DNA of 64,000 nucleotides from a virus: IMG/VR virus record IMGVR_UViG_3300047323_000675; one strand, 5' to 3'. Shown piece by piece: positions 10,246 to 19,604 of this stretch (position 1 is its first letter; each line of letters starts with the position of its first letter). The notes under the pieces were generated by a model. It saw only the letters and a program-made list of their open reading frames with translations, ran no database searches and was not told where the DNA came from. The position numbers and the translations under genes were made by a program.

Positions 10246-10353
10246 GTTTTGAATAGATTTGACTTTGGTTTTAAGAACGGAGCAGGGTAGAGTTTCTCCT
10301 GATATTGCTACTAGTTTATATTTATTTAAAATATATAAATCACCCATAGCAAC
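10200..10353 (+). ncRNA. Candidate omegaRNA/reRNA scaffold at the tnpB 3' end
   Basis: Hairpins cagg..cctg (10283-10301) and ttgcta..tagcaa (10305-10352). The position matches where TnpB omegaRNAs lie. Boundaries uncertain. Confidence 0.45.
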
Positions 10354-10391
10354 AGCAAAAATGTTAAGGCTTGGATTAAAGTTTGTAATAA

Positions 10392-10868
10392 TTAAATCTT
10401 AGGACTTTTAGTTTTATTAGTGCCAATACTTAGATTATTTTCCAAATCTTTGATCAATGCTTGTTTTTCAAATAATTCATTTACAAAAGGATGGTGGTAT
10501 CTATTTAAATAATCTGTAATATCTTGATTTTTTTCCATCCTATAATCCAATATGAGATATTCTAAAATATCATTGTTTGAATACATGCATGCTGCTTTAA
10601 ATGGTGTTGACTGATTCTGGTAAATATTAGAATGTTCATTTAATTCAGGTGAAGTTAATAGATATTTAACTATATTTAAATGATTTTTCTTCAGCGCTAA
10701 AGTTAATCCATTATCACTTTCAGTATGAATGTTAGCATGCATACTTAAGTCAGGTGAAATTAATAAATATTTTATTTTTTGAAATTCACCATGTAAGCAT
10801 GCCCATACAAAGAAATCATCTAATGTATCTTGAGGCTCATCCTTAAATTCATCATAAAAATTATTCAT
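10392..10868 (-). CDS. Ankyrin-like repeat protein (array family)
   Basis: ACLHGEF/LLTSPELNEH; tail TKSPKI. Confidence 0.9.
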   Translation of the reverse strand: MNNFYDEFKDEPQDTLDDFFVWACLHGEFQKIKYLLISPDLSMHANIHTESDNGLTLALKKNHLNIVKYLLTSPELNEHSNIYQNQSTPFKAACMYSNNDILEYLILDYRMEKNQDITDYLNRYHHPFVNELFEKQALIKDLENNLSIGTNKTKSPKI

Positions 10869-11536
10869 AATTTAGCTTTCTTTTGGGAAGATTCTTGAAT
10901 GTTAAGTTCGTTATTTAATGATTGTGTTAACTCTTTAGTTTCTAACATTTTCTTTACTTCTTCAGGAATTCTATCAGAGAAGACCTCTCTAATAATAGGA
11001 CATAAGTCTCTTGATTCATTAAAAATAAAACATTTAATTATTTTCAAAAAATGTTGTCCAAAATTCAGACTATTAAGTGTATCACGAATACTATCTGAAT
11101 TTAATGCTTCTGATTTTAATAAATATTCAATAACTTCTAATTTTTCACCGTCACAAGCATTTTTTAATGGACAATCATAAGTATTCCTAGCATTTATATC
11201 AGCATGTTCTTTAAGTTTAGGAGATGTCAAAAGATATTCGACAACATCTAATTGTCCCTGATAGCAAGCAAAGATAAGAGGTTGATTTTCTCTAAAATGT
11301 ATATCGGCTTTTTCTTTTAATTCAGTAGAGGTTAATAAATAATCTATAATCTCCAAATGGCCATACCAGCAAGCTTCAGTTAATGCAGTATTATTGTCAT
11401 TGCTATAATTAATAGAGGCATGTGTCTCAAGTTCAGGTGAAGTCAATAAATACTTAACTTGTGTTAAATCACCTTTTTTACATGCACTCATTAATTTGTA
11501 ATGTAATTCATCTTCTTCGCTATTTAAGTAATTCAT
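10865..11536 (-). CDS. Ankyrin-like repeat protein (array family)
   Basis: ACKKGDL/ACWYGHL/ACYQGQL; tail QKKAKL. Confidence 0.9.
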   Translation of the reverse strand: MNYLNSEEDELHYKLMSACKKGDLTQVKYLLTSPELETHASINYSNDNNTALTEACWYGHLEIIDYLLTSTELKEKADIHFRENQPLIFACYQGQLDVVEYLLTSPKLKEHADINARNTYDCPLKNACDGEKLEVIEYLLKSEALNSDSIRDTLNSLNFGQHFLKIIKCFIFNESRDLCPIIREVFSDRIPEEVKKMLETKELTQSLNNELNIQESSQKKAKL

Positions 11537-12321
11537 AGTTTATTCTTCTTTATTATATTTAATTTTTCAGTTTTTAATTCAGCAGTTAAATCACAATTTA
11601 ACTCTCTAATTTCGAACATTTTTTGAACTTTAATTTTGTTTTCAAGACAAAGTGTGTCTTCCTCTAAATATTCCTTAATGCTTGAACTATACGGTATATT
11701 TAAATCAAATATAAAATATTGCATTACAGTTAAATCTTCTGACTCATATCCTAAGCTAGCATAACAATTTAAAAAAGCTCTATCATCAGTTATATCAATA
11801 TTATTTTTAAAATTTTTTCTTAAAAAGTCTATAATATCAACATTACAACCAAAACAAGCATCATGATATAAATCATTATCAACTTTTATCTTATCTTTCC
11901 ATTTAGAATTAATTAAATAATTGAAGGTATCATAATCACCTTCACGACAAGAAAAACCTATTAAATTTTTCAAATGTTGATTTTCATCATTAACAATGAT
12001 TGGTAAAAGAAATTCTAACCATTCCCAATCTTTATTATTTTTTGCAAAATTTAAAATTCCATAAGAATAAGGCTTAACATCTATATGTTCTTTGAGATCT
12101 GGAGAACAAGAGAGATATTTAATAATATCAACATGTCCGTTATGGAAGGCTAATTTAAAGCAAGCAGTATCATCATAATATATATTCGCATTGTATGGCA
12201 GTGATGATGAATTTAAAAGATACTGAACTTTAGCAAAATCACCATCAGCACATGCAGAAACAAAAGTTTCATTTATATCATGCTCAGAATATGAATTGAA
12301 TTCTTCATAGGAAATATTCAT
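11533..12321 (-). CDS. Ankyrin-like repeat protein (array family, 'PY/KWKD' subfamily)
   Basis: VKPYS and SKWKDKIK motifs; tail IKKNKL. Confidence 0.88.
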   Translation of the reverse strand: MNISYEEFNSYSEHDINETFVSACADGDFAKVQYLLNSSSLPYNANIYYDDTACFKLAFHNGHVDIIKYLSCSPDLKEHIDVKPYSYGILNFAKNNKDWEWLEFLLPIIVNDENQHLKNLIGFSCREGDYDTFNYLINSKWKDKIKVDNDLYHDACFGCNVDIIDFLRKNFKNNIDITDDRAFLNCYASLGYESEDLTVMQYFIFDLNIPYSSSIKEYLEEDTLCLENKIKVQKMFEIRELNCDLTAELKTEKLNIIKKNKL

Positions 12322-12812
12322 AATTTATTTTTTCTTTCTTTGCATGTATTAACAGATGATAAATCATGAGTAAGTTCCTCATTTAAATCTCTTATTGAAA
12401 ACATTTTTGAAATTTCTTTATAGAAAGGATTGTAATAGTTTTGATGAAGATATAAATCCATTGAATTATTTTTGGGTATTTTCACTTCATAAATTAAAAA
12501 ATTAATTATACTATTATCTCTATAAAAATATGCTTTGTTAATAGCTATTTCAGCAGTAATATTTTCTTTAATATCTTCTGATGATAATAAATAATTAACC
12601 AACTCTTTATCTTTTATTTTACATGCAAAATAAATACCTAAATCATTGCTAGTATGGATATTGGCATGATTTTTAAGTTCAGGAGAAGCCAAAAGAAACT
12701 TAACAACATTCAAATCTCCTCTTGAACAAGCCTCAGTGAAATAATGATCTAGAGCATTCTGATCTGCTTGAATAAGTTTTTCATAAAGATAATCATCAAT
12801 ACCATGTTTCAT
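12318..12812 (-). CDS. Ankyrin-like repeat protein (array family)
   Basis: ACSRGDL/LLASPELKNHANIH; tail ERKNKL. Confidence 0.9.
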   Translation of the reverse strand: MKHGIDDYLYEKLIQADQNALDHYFTEACSRGDLNVVKFLLASPELKNHANIHTSNDLGIYFACKIKDKELVNYLLSSEDIKENITAEIAINKAYFYRDNSIINFLIYEVKIPKNNSMDLYLHQNYYNPFYKEISKMFSIRDLNEELTHDLSSVNTCKERKNKL

Positions 12813-13507
12813 ATTTTATTTTTTTTAGTAATGTTTTTATTAATTTTTAATTTTTTATTTAAATCCTTATTTAATTTTTGAATTTTAAATAGTTGATTAA
12901 CTTCTTTAATTATAGGATTATTTTTTCTTTGTTTCAATTCTTCTTTTATATAAGAGCTTTTTTCAACATTTAAATCAAAAATCAAGTATTTAATCATATC
13001 TAAATGTTCATGTTGAAATGCTAGTCTAAAAGCAAAATCCTCTTGAGCATGAATATTAGGATGCTCTTTTAATTCAGGTGAATGCATTAGATATTGAACT
13101 ACATCAATATGTCCATGACAACATGCAAGAATAAAACCATAATCATTTTGTGCATGAATGTTAGCATGTTTTTTTAATTTTTTAGATGTTAAAAAATATT
13201 CAACTAAATTTAAACGACCACTATTGCATACATCAACAAATGCTTGATCATCTTTTGCATGTATATCTATATGCTCTTTTAATTCAGGTGAAGTTGATAG
13301 GTATTCTATAATAGTTAAGTTTCCATTATGGCATGCTGCACGAAGAGCATATCCTTCTCTAGTATTAATATTTGCATGTATGTTTAGCTCAGAAGAAGTT
13401 AATAAATATCTTATTTCATCTAAATTACTACATTGGCAAGCTTCAATAAAGCTAGTATTAATTTCTTTTTGTGATAAATCTTTAAATTTTTCGTATAAGG
13501 AATGCAT
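12809..13507 (-). CDS. Ankyrin-like repeat protein (array family)
   Basis: ACHNGNL/ACCHGHI repeats; tail TKKNKI. Confidence 0.9.
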   Translation of the reverse strand: MHSLYEKFKDLSQKEINTSFIEACQCSNLDEIRYLLTSSELNIHANINTREGYALRAACHNGNLTIIEYLSTSPELKEHIDIHAKDDQAFVDVCNSGRLNLVEYFLTSKKLKKHANIHAQNDYGFILACCHGHIDVVQYLMHSPELKEHPNIHAQEDFAFRLAFQHEHLDMIKYLIFDLNVEKSSYIKEELKQRKNNPIIKEVNQLFKIQKLNKDLNKKLKINKNITKKNKI

Positions 13508-13513
13508 TACGGT

Positions 13514-14233
13514 TTATAGTTTACATTGTTTTTTATTAGAAGGTGTTAAGATTAACTCCTTGTTTAACTCTCTATTTAAATCTCTCATATCGAAGAATTT
13601 ATTTATTTGAATTGCCAAATCATCTTTTACATCTAAGTATTGAGTGATCAATTTAGTTTTTTCTAAATTTAATTCAAATATTAGATAATTTAAAATTTCC
13701 ATACTTCCAGGCTCATTAGTATATGCATTTTGTAGAGCTAATCTAAAACCTAAATCATGCTTTGAATGAGGATTAATATGTTTATTCAACTCTGGTGAAG
13801 CTGTTAAATATTTAACTAATTCTAAATTTCCCTTATTGCAAGCAATAATAAAACCTTGCCCATCATCAACATTAATATCAGCATGCCTTGTTAACTCTTT
13901 TGAAGTTAATAAATATTTTACTAATTCTAATCCTTTTTTACCTGGTATCATACAAGCACCAAGAAATCCTTCATCAATATTGTTATTGATTACTATATGT
14001 TCTTTTAATTCAGGTGAGTTAATTAAATACTTAACTATATTTAAATCCCCACCTTCACAAGCAAGTTGTAATGCATGGCCATTTTCAGTGTTTATTTCTG
14101 CATTAGTTTTTAGTTCTTTGGAAGTTAATAAATAACGAACAACTTCCATATGTCTATATTGGCAAGCATTAAGAAATTTTTGATTTAACCCTGAGAGCCA
14201 TAAATCCTTAAAGTCATTGTAAAAAGGGTGCAT
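13514..14233 (-). CDS. Ankyrin-like repeat protein (array family)
   Basis: ACEGGDL/ACNKGNL repeats; tail KKQCKL. Confidence 0.9.
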   Translation of the reverse strand: MHPFYNDFKDLWLSGLNQKFLNACQYRHMEVVRYLLTSKELKTNAEINTENGHALQLACEGGDLNIVKYLINSPELKEHIVINNNIDEGFLGACMIPGKKGLELVKYLLTSKELTRHADINVDDGQGFIIACNKGNLELVKYLTASPELNKHINPHSKHDLGFRLALQNAYTNEPGSMEILNYLIFELNLEKTKLITQYLDVKDDLAIQINKFFDMRDLNRELNKELILTPSNKKQCKL

Positions 14234-14247
14234 AATTATTTTCGTTA

Positions 14248-14811
14248 TTATATTTTATTTTTTGGTTTATCTATAGAATTAATAGGTAATTCTTTTTTAA
14301 GAGAATTATTTAATAGGTAACTTTGAAGTTTTTTATAATATTGCTGATAATCTTCCAATAAATAAACTGCGTTTCCATTATTACTCATATTTATTTCATT
14401 TATGACTTCTTTTATATTATCTTGTAATTGATAATCTCTGAATTCAAAAATCTTTTTATTTTTATAAAGAATATCAAGCCCAATATTCATTAAATCATTA
14501 AATACCTTTTCTTTTTCTTGAATAATACTAAGATTATAAACATGATATATTGTGTTTTGAAAGAAGCGTTCGCTAAATCCATTAGCAATGTTAAAAAACT
14601 TAAGATATCCTTCTCCATTGTTTTCAATAGTTTGATCTATCAAAGATGCTGCAACTAAATAACTAAGATAATCTTTACTATTACTACCTAATGATGTATT
14701 AAATTCTGTAAATTTTTTATTAATACATTGATATATAAATATACTTTCAACTTTTTTAAAATCATCTTTGGTAAGATAATCTTGAAATTCAAATAGTTCA
14801 AATGCTTTCAT
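14248..14811 (-). CDS. Hypothetical protein (non-ankyrin) carrying the shared C-terminal tag
   Basis: No array repeats; ends YLLNNSLKKELPINSIDKPKNKI. Confidence 0.75.
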   Translation of the reverse strand: MKAFELFEFQDYLTKDDFKKVESIFIYQCINKKFTEFNTSLGSNSKDYLSYLVAASLIDQTIENNGEGYLKFFNIANGFSERFFQNTIYHVYNLSIIQEKEKVFNDLMNIGLDILYKNKKIFEFRDYQLQDNIKEVINEINMSNNGNAVYLLEDYQQYYKKLQSYLLNNSLKKELPINSIDKPKNKI

Positions 14812-16295
14812 ATTTTTAACCTTTTTGTATTGTTAGATGTATTATGTCCTAAATCATTATTTAATTCGGCATATTCTAATGCTTTCTCCATTTTTAAAAC
14901 ACTTTGTTGTTGCTCTGGACTTAAGTAATTATTATATATAGAATCAGTTTTTATTAATTTAATAAGTATTTCACCTGGCATAATTTTTTTATTATTTGGA
15001 CTAATTAGCACTTCAATATCATTATTAACTAAGAATTGAGCAATATTAAACATTGCCTTACCATTACTACTATTATTTTGTGTTTTAATAATTTTTTCAA
15101 AGAAATTTGCTAAATAATGTGCGAAATTATTTCCTTCTTCGTCTTTAATTTGCCAATCAATATATTTTTTTTCTGACAGCTTTATTATTGTACTTTCTAT
15201 TTCAGTTGTTTTACCTAAGCAAAATAAAGAGCAAACTGAAGAATATATTTTCAGATTATTTAACTCCTTATTTGTTTGATACCATTGATTAAGTATTGAT
15301 GTATTATAATGAAATTTTTTTATAGCATTATTTTCTAAAAAAACTTCAGAATTAGTTGAGTTTTTCATATCTCTATATACTTCATCTTTAATCTCTGAAA
15401 CACTCCAAGAGTCACGAGCAGTCATAACAATATTCTGTTCTGTGATTGGTTTAGCATTATAGTAAAGCTCAAAATCCTTCCAATTATTATTATGAAGGCA
15501 ATAAGCCATCATTAATTCTTGAAAATTTTTGGAAATGGAATCATTTTGAATATTTCTAACTAAAAAATCATTTAAAGTGCTATGTAATAAAGTGTCTGTT
15601 CCAAGTTCTTTACTAAATCTATCAAAAAAATTTAAATTTTTATTATCATTAATTTTTAGATTAACTCTAGAAAAAAATGATAATAAGAAATTTTTAACTA
15701 ATTTTTTTTCTTCTATTTTTTCTAGATATATTTTAGCAAACTCGTTAGATTTATTTGAATATATGGAATCAAAAATTGGCATATTATTTACCATATATAA
15801 CGGATTATCTAATTTATCTAACAGTTTTTTTGCCAAATTTACTCTGCCTTTAATTCCAAAACGAGCAGCACAATGTTCTATTTGTTCTTTATCATTCAAT
15901 AAATCCGTAGTTGTTTTTCCTGGGAAAAATTTTGCACATATCTCATTCATTGTATTCAATATTTGATTATTTTTTATGTAATAAAACGCACACTGTACAC
16001 CCATAGATGGTATTTCTGGTTTTATAAATAACCTTTCAAAATAATAACTTGCTGAACGAGTGTTATCAAAAAATTCCTTAAAGCAAGCGGAAGCACCATA
16101 TTCTATACAAGCTTTTAATGTGCAATCTAATTGAATATGAGGATATCTATCTAAATAAGCTTTAAAGGCATCTGGTTTATCATAAAAGAAAATTAAATCT
16201 AATGACTTAGGTATATAGGATAAATATTTATGTTCAGATGGAACTGTTAATCCCAATTTTTGAGTGAATTGTTTTTCTTCAAAAGACATGTACAT
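14808..16295 (-). CDS. Hypothetical helical protein, possibly one degenerate ankyrin motif, carrying the shared tag
   Basis: KDEEGNNFAHY resembles D.xG.T.xH; ends AELNNDLGHNTSNNTKRLKI. Confidence 0.75.
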   Translation of the reverse strand: MYMSFEEKQFTQKLGLTVPSEHKYLSYIPKSLDLIFFYDKPDAFKAYLDRYPHIQLDCTLKACIEYGASACFKEFFDNTRSASYYFERLFIKPEIPSMGVQCAFYYIKNNQILNTMNEICAKFFPGKTTTDLLNDKEQIEHCAARFGIKGRVNLAKKLLDKLDNPLYMVNNMPIFDSIYSNKSNEFAKIYLEKIEEKKLVKNFLLSFFSRVNLKINDNKNLNFFDRFSKELGTDTLLHSTLNDFLVRNIQNDSISKNFQELMMAYCLHNNNWKDFELYYNAKPITEQNIVMTARDSWSVSEIKDEVYRDMKNSTNSEVFLENNAIKKFHYNTSILNQWYQTNKELNNLKIYSSVCSLFCLGKTTEIESTIIKLSEKKYIDWQIKDEEGNNFAHYLANFFEKIIKTQNNSSNGKAMFNIAQFLVNNDIEVLISPNNKKIMPGEILIKLIKTDSIYNNYLSPEQQQSVLKMEKALEYAELNNDLGHNTSNNTKRLKI

Positions 16296-16324
16296 ATTAA
16301 ATCTACCTATTAATTTATAATTAA

Positions 16325-16352
16325 ATTATAGTAGATTATTTCAAAGAATCAA
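16325..16352 (-). promoter_or_regulatory. Putative internal sigma70 promoter (TTGATT-N16-TATAAT)
   Basis: Reverse complements of aatcaa 16347-16352 and attata 16325-16330; same geometry as the array-head promoter. Confidence 0.55.
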
Positions 16353-16362
16353 AACTAGAAAA

Positions 16363-17028
16363 TTAAATTTTAAGTTTATTATTTTTATTTATAGAATGAT
16401 TTTTTATTAGTTCGTTATTAAGATCACGAGTAATAAATATATTTGATATTGATGATAATCCATTTTCATCAAGAAAGTTAGTTATTTTCTTGTTCTTTTT
16501 AATACTTAATTCAAAAATCATATATTCTACTATATCAAAATTTTTGTATTTGCAGGCATCCATAAATGCTTGTGTTAGTTTATTTTGTTTTTTGATATCA
16601 TCAGATGAAAGGAAAAACATTATAATCTCTTTATGATTATATTCACAAGCAGCTTCAAAACACGAATTTAATCCAACACTAATAAAAGCATGTTCTTTTA
16701 AATCAGGAGAAGTTAATAAGTACTTCACAACATCAACATATCCCATTTTAGAAGCCCAATATAACCCACAATCCATTCTTGCATGAATATCCGCATGCTC
16801 TTTTAAATCAGGAGAAGTTAATAAATAACTAATAATTTTTAGGTTCCCATTTCCGCATGCATTGATAAATCCAGCATAATCATTATATGAAATATTAGCA
16901 TGTTCTGTTAATTCAGGAGAAGTTAATAGATATTTAATTTTTTCAAAGTCATCTACACGAGTTGCGTTTACAAACGCATGGTTTACATCTATTTTTAATA
17001 TTTCTAAATTAGGCCAATATGATGTCAT
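16363..17028 (-). CDS. Ankyrin-like repeat protein (array family)
   Basis: Three LLTSP(E/D)L.EHA units at 105-bp spacing; tail NNKLKI. Confidence 0.9.
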   Translation of the reverse strand: MTSYWPNLEILKIDVNHAFVNATRVDDFEKIKYLLTSPELTEHANISYNDYAGFINACGNGNLKIISYLLTSPDLKEHADIHARMDCGLYWASKMGYVDVVKYLLTSPDLKEHAFISVGLNSCFEAACEYNHKEIIMFFLSSDDIKKQNKLTQAFMDACKYKNFDIVEYMIFELSIKKNKKITNFLDENGLSSISNIFITRDLNNELIKNHSINKNNKLKI

Positions 17029-17031
17029 AAA

Positions 17032-18582
17032 TTAAATCTTTATTTTTGCTTTTTTATTAAATTCATTATCGGTAGAAAAACTATATTCTACTAAATTATG
17101 TAATGTTTGCTTATATAAAATTTTCTGACTACGAGTTAACTTAGGGAAAAATATTCCATATGTTTTATTTTTTAATGTAGTTGCTCTATTAATACTTTGG
17201 ACATGTCTAGCAAGTATTTCAGGAGTTTCAGTCCAATATCCCAGATTAATATTTTTTTCATTAGCATGTTTAATTATTGTTTTCATATAAGGCGAAGTTC
17301 CAAAAAAGCCTCTACTTCCTTTAAATGGATTATTTAAATTACAGAAATTATTTTCTTCCAACCATTCTTTTAAAATTTTGCTAATTTTTTCTTTTGCTAA
17401 ATTTTTATTATTTTGTATAGACTGAAGTTGTTCCTCATTTAACTTTAATGAAGAAATAAGACTCTTGAGTATATTGCTTGTTGGGGAAAAAAATGATTCC
17501 ATATTAGCATTGATCATAGTAATGCCAGTTAACGCATAATATTTAAAATGATCTTTGATACTAGATACTAATTTTTCTTTTTTTTCAGAATCAAGATTAT
17601 CTAGTTTAGATTTCAAATCACCTAATAATGAGGATAAAATTATCTCAGTAGAAGAATCAAAAAATAAAGATGATTTAGCTTCATAATTTTGAGAGATTTC
17701 TATTATTGACTCATCACTAACCATTTTAACTATAGTTTCTTGAAAATTATTTAAAAATTTATTGTTAAGTTTATTAATGTTAATATTATCTTTAAATAAA
17801 TCCATTAATACAAAGCTAGATAAATAACCGTTTTCAAATGCTAAATTTCTTTCTTTTGATGGCACAGAATACAATTTATTAAATGCAAGATGATCAAAAA
17901 TATGTGTATATTCATGAATGAGTGACTCTAAAAACCAATATGGCTTATTAGGCTTTACTGTAAGAGTAAAATAACCATCATCATTATCTAGGCATGCTCC
18001 TTGTGACTCATTTGGAGTAAGCAAAGATGTACAATGTAGAGTCAACTTACCATTTAAATTAATTTTTTCTTTTGATAGATTGAAATCTTTCATAAATTTA
18101 GTTAAAGATTTTCTTGTAAGTTTCGCCCAATAACTTACCTTATCCCAATTATCTGTTTTATGGATAATTATTGTTTGAAGATTAAAATCGTTTTTTAATT
18201 TATCAACTAAATTTATTGCGATATTTTTATCGCCTTTTAAAGAAATAGGCTCATAATTTTTTATAGGGTTTTTCAATATTTTTTCTATTTCTATTTTAAG
18301 TACATTCATAATATTATTGTTTATAATATCCAATGTTCTTAAGTTATCAGAGACTTTCTGATTTTCTTCCTGAATATATATTTTTACATTTTTTCTAGTT
18401 TTTGATATACTCTTTTTAATTATCTTTAGATCCTCAATATTTTCTAAATTATCTAAGTTTGATTTCCATAAAGAAATTATTTCTTTGAAAAATAAATTGC
18501 AATTTGGAGAGCCAGAAATATAAATATCAAAAAAATCATCAATGAATGATTTTAAATAATTAATTTTTTCTTGAGTTATCAT
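17032..18582 (-). CDS. Zincin-like metallopeptidase, LPD1 (large polyvalent protein domain)-like, carrying the K-x-K-I tail
   Basis: LIHEYTHIFDH (HExxH) plus downstream YWTETPEILAR, resembling the LPD1 YW..P.E..AR motif; tail KAKIKI. Confidence 0.6.
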   Translation of the reverse strand: MITQEKINYLKSFIDDFFDIYISGSPNCNLFFKEIISLWKSNLDNLENIEDLKIIKKSISKTRKNVKIYIQEENQKVSDNLRTLDIINNNIMNVLKIEIEKILKNPIKNYEPISLKGDKNIAINLVDKLKNDFNLQTIIIHKTDNWDKVSYWAKLTRKSLTKFMKDFNLSKEKINLNGKLTLHCTSLLTPNESQGACLDNDDGYFTLTVKPNKPYWFLESLIHEYTHIFDHLAFNKLYSVPSKERNLAFENGYLSSFVLMDLFKDNININKLNNKFLNNFQETIVKMVSDESIIEISQNYEAKSSLFFDSSTEIILSSLLGDLKSKLDNLDSEKKEKLVSSIKDHFKYYALTGITMINANMESFFSPTSNILKSLISSLKLNEEQLQSIQNNKNLAKEKISKILKEWLEENNFCNLNNPFKGSRGFFGTSPYMKTIIKHANEKNINLGYWTETPEILARHVQSINRATTLKNKTYGIFFPKLTRSQKILYKQTLHNLVEYSFSTDNEFNKKAKIKI

Positions 18583-19178
18583 AATTTAATTTTAGAAGGC
18601 TTATTAATTATCTTATCACAAATTAATTCTTTTTCTAGAGATTTTTTTATTTCTCTCTTATCAAACAATCCTTCAATATAATTTTTAAAATCATTATTAG
18701 AATACTGCTTTAAATATTCTGTAATATATCCGCTTCTTTCAATATTCAATTCAAAAATTAGATATTCTAGAACAGAATTTTGTTTATTAGCTAAAGCATT
18801 ACTAAATCCATACTCTATGGCTTCATTTAAACTAACATTATTTCTATATTTTTGATTAGATAATAAATATTTTGCAATTTGTAATTGTCCTTGATGGCAA
18901 GCATAACAAAATGCAGCCCCATTATTAGTTTTTATATCAATATCAGGATCTTCTAGTAAATATTTAACAACATCCAAATGCCCTTCTTTAGCAGCAAATA
19001 TTAACGGATATGAATAGGTATTCATGTATTTAACATTGATATCTGCATGAAGAAATATTTCAGGTGATGTAAGTAAATATTTTACTTTATCTAAATGACC
19101 ATATTTACAAGCAAGTAAAAAACTTTTATCTATTTCTTCTTGTTCTAATTCTTTATATTCTTCGTATAATGCATTCAT
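18579..19178 (-). CDS. Ankyrin-like repeat protein (array family)
   Basis: ACKYGHL/AAKEGHL/ACHQGQL; tail PSKIKL. Confidence 0.9.
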   Translation of the reverse strand: MNALYEEYKELEQEEIDKSFLLACKYGHLDKVKYLLTSPEIFLHADINVKYMNTYSYPLIFAAKEGHLDVVKYLLEDPDIDIKTNNGAAFCYACHQGQLQIAKYLLSNQKYRNNVSLNEAIEYGFSNALANKQNSVLEYLIFELNIERSGYITEYLKQYSNNDFKNYIEGLFDKREIKKSLEKELICDKIINKPSKIKL

Positions 19179-19180
19179 AA

Positions 19181-19603
19181 TTACAATTTATGCTTTTTTC
19201 CTATATTTAAATTTTCTTTAAGTTCCAAACTTATTTCTTTTTTTAATTCTCGTTGTTGGAAAAAATATTCAGCTTTTTCAATAAACTCAACACAATCGAA
19301 ACTTTTAGCCTCTTTATATGCCTTTTTATACCATGATAAATGTTCAGTAATTTTTTCTGTTTGTTGAATATTTAAATCAAAAATTAAATAAGTTAAAACT
19401 GATATATCTCGCCAAATACATAATATTCTAAAGGCTTCATCTTTATGACTATGAATATCTGCATGATCTTTTAAATCTGAAGAGGATAAAATAAATTTAA
19501 TTTTGTCAAAATCATTCTCATTCATTGCATCTATAAATGCTTCATTTAACTCATCTTTAGTTAAATATTGACAGTGCTCACAATAATTATCAAATTCACT
19601 CAT
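19181..19603 (-). CDS. Ankyrin-like single-repeat protein (array family); start reassigned from 19666 to ATG 19603
   Basis: MSEFDNYC... starts 1 nt after the upstream stop and removes a 62-bp overlap; tail GKKHKL. Confidence 0.8.
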   Translation of the reverse strand: MSEFDNYCEHCQYLTKDELNEAFIDAMNENDFDKIKFILSSSDLKDHADIHSHKDEAFRILCIWRDISVLTYLIFDLNIQQTEKITEHLSWYKKAYKEAKSFDCVEFIEKAEYFFQQRELKKEISLELKENLNIGKKHKL

Positions 19604-19604
19604 T

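Larger units (their letters stand above)
8368..10353 (+). mobile_element. Probable non-autonomous tnpB-only IS605/IS607-like element (ends approximate)
   Basis: Sole long plus-strand gene inside a minus-strand array; no tnpA adjacent; structured GC-richer 3' trailer. Ends were not determined. Confidence 0.45.

Noticed and set aside
8107-10391. CRISPR array or Cas12 system around the TnpB-like gene
   Set aside because: No direct repeats with unique spacers are visible in either flank, and no cas1/cas2.
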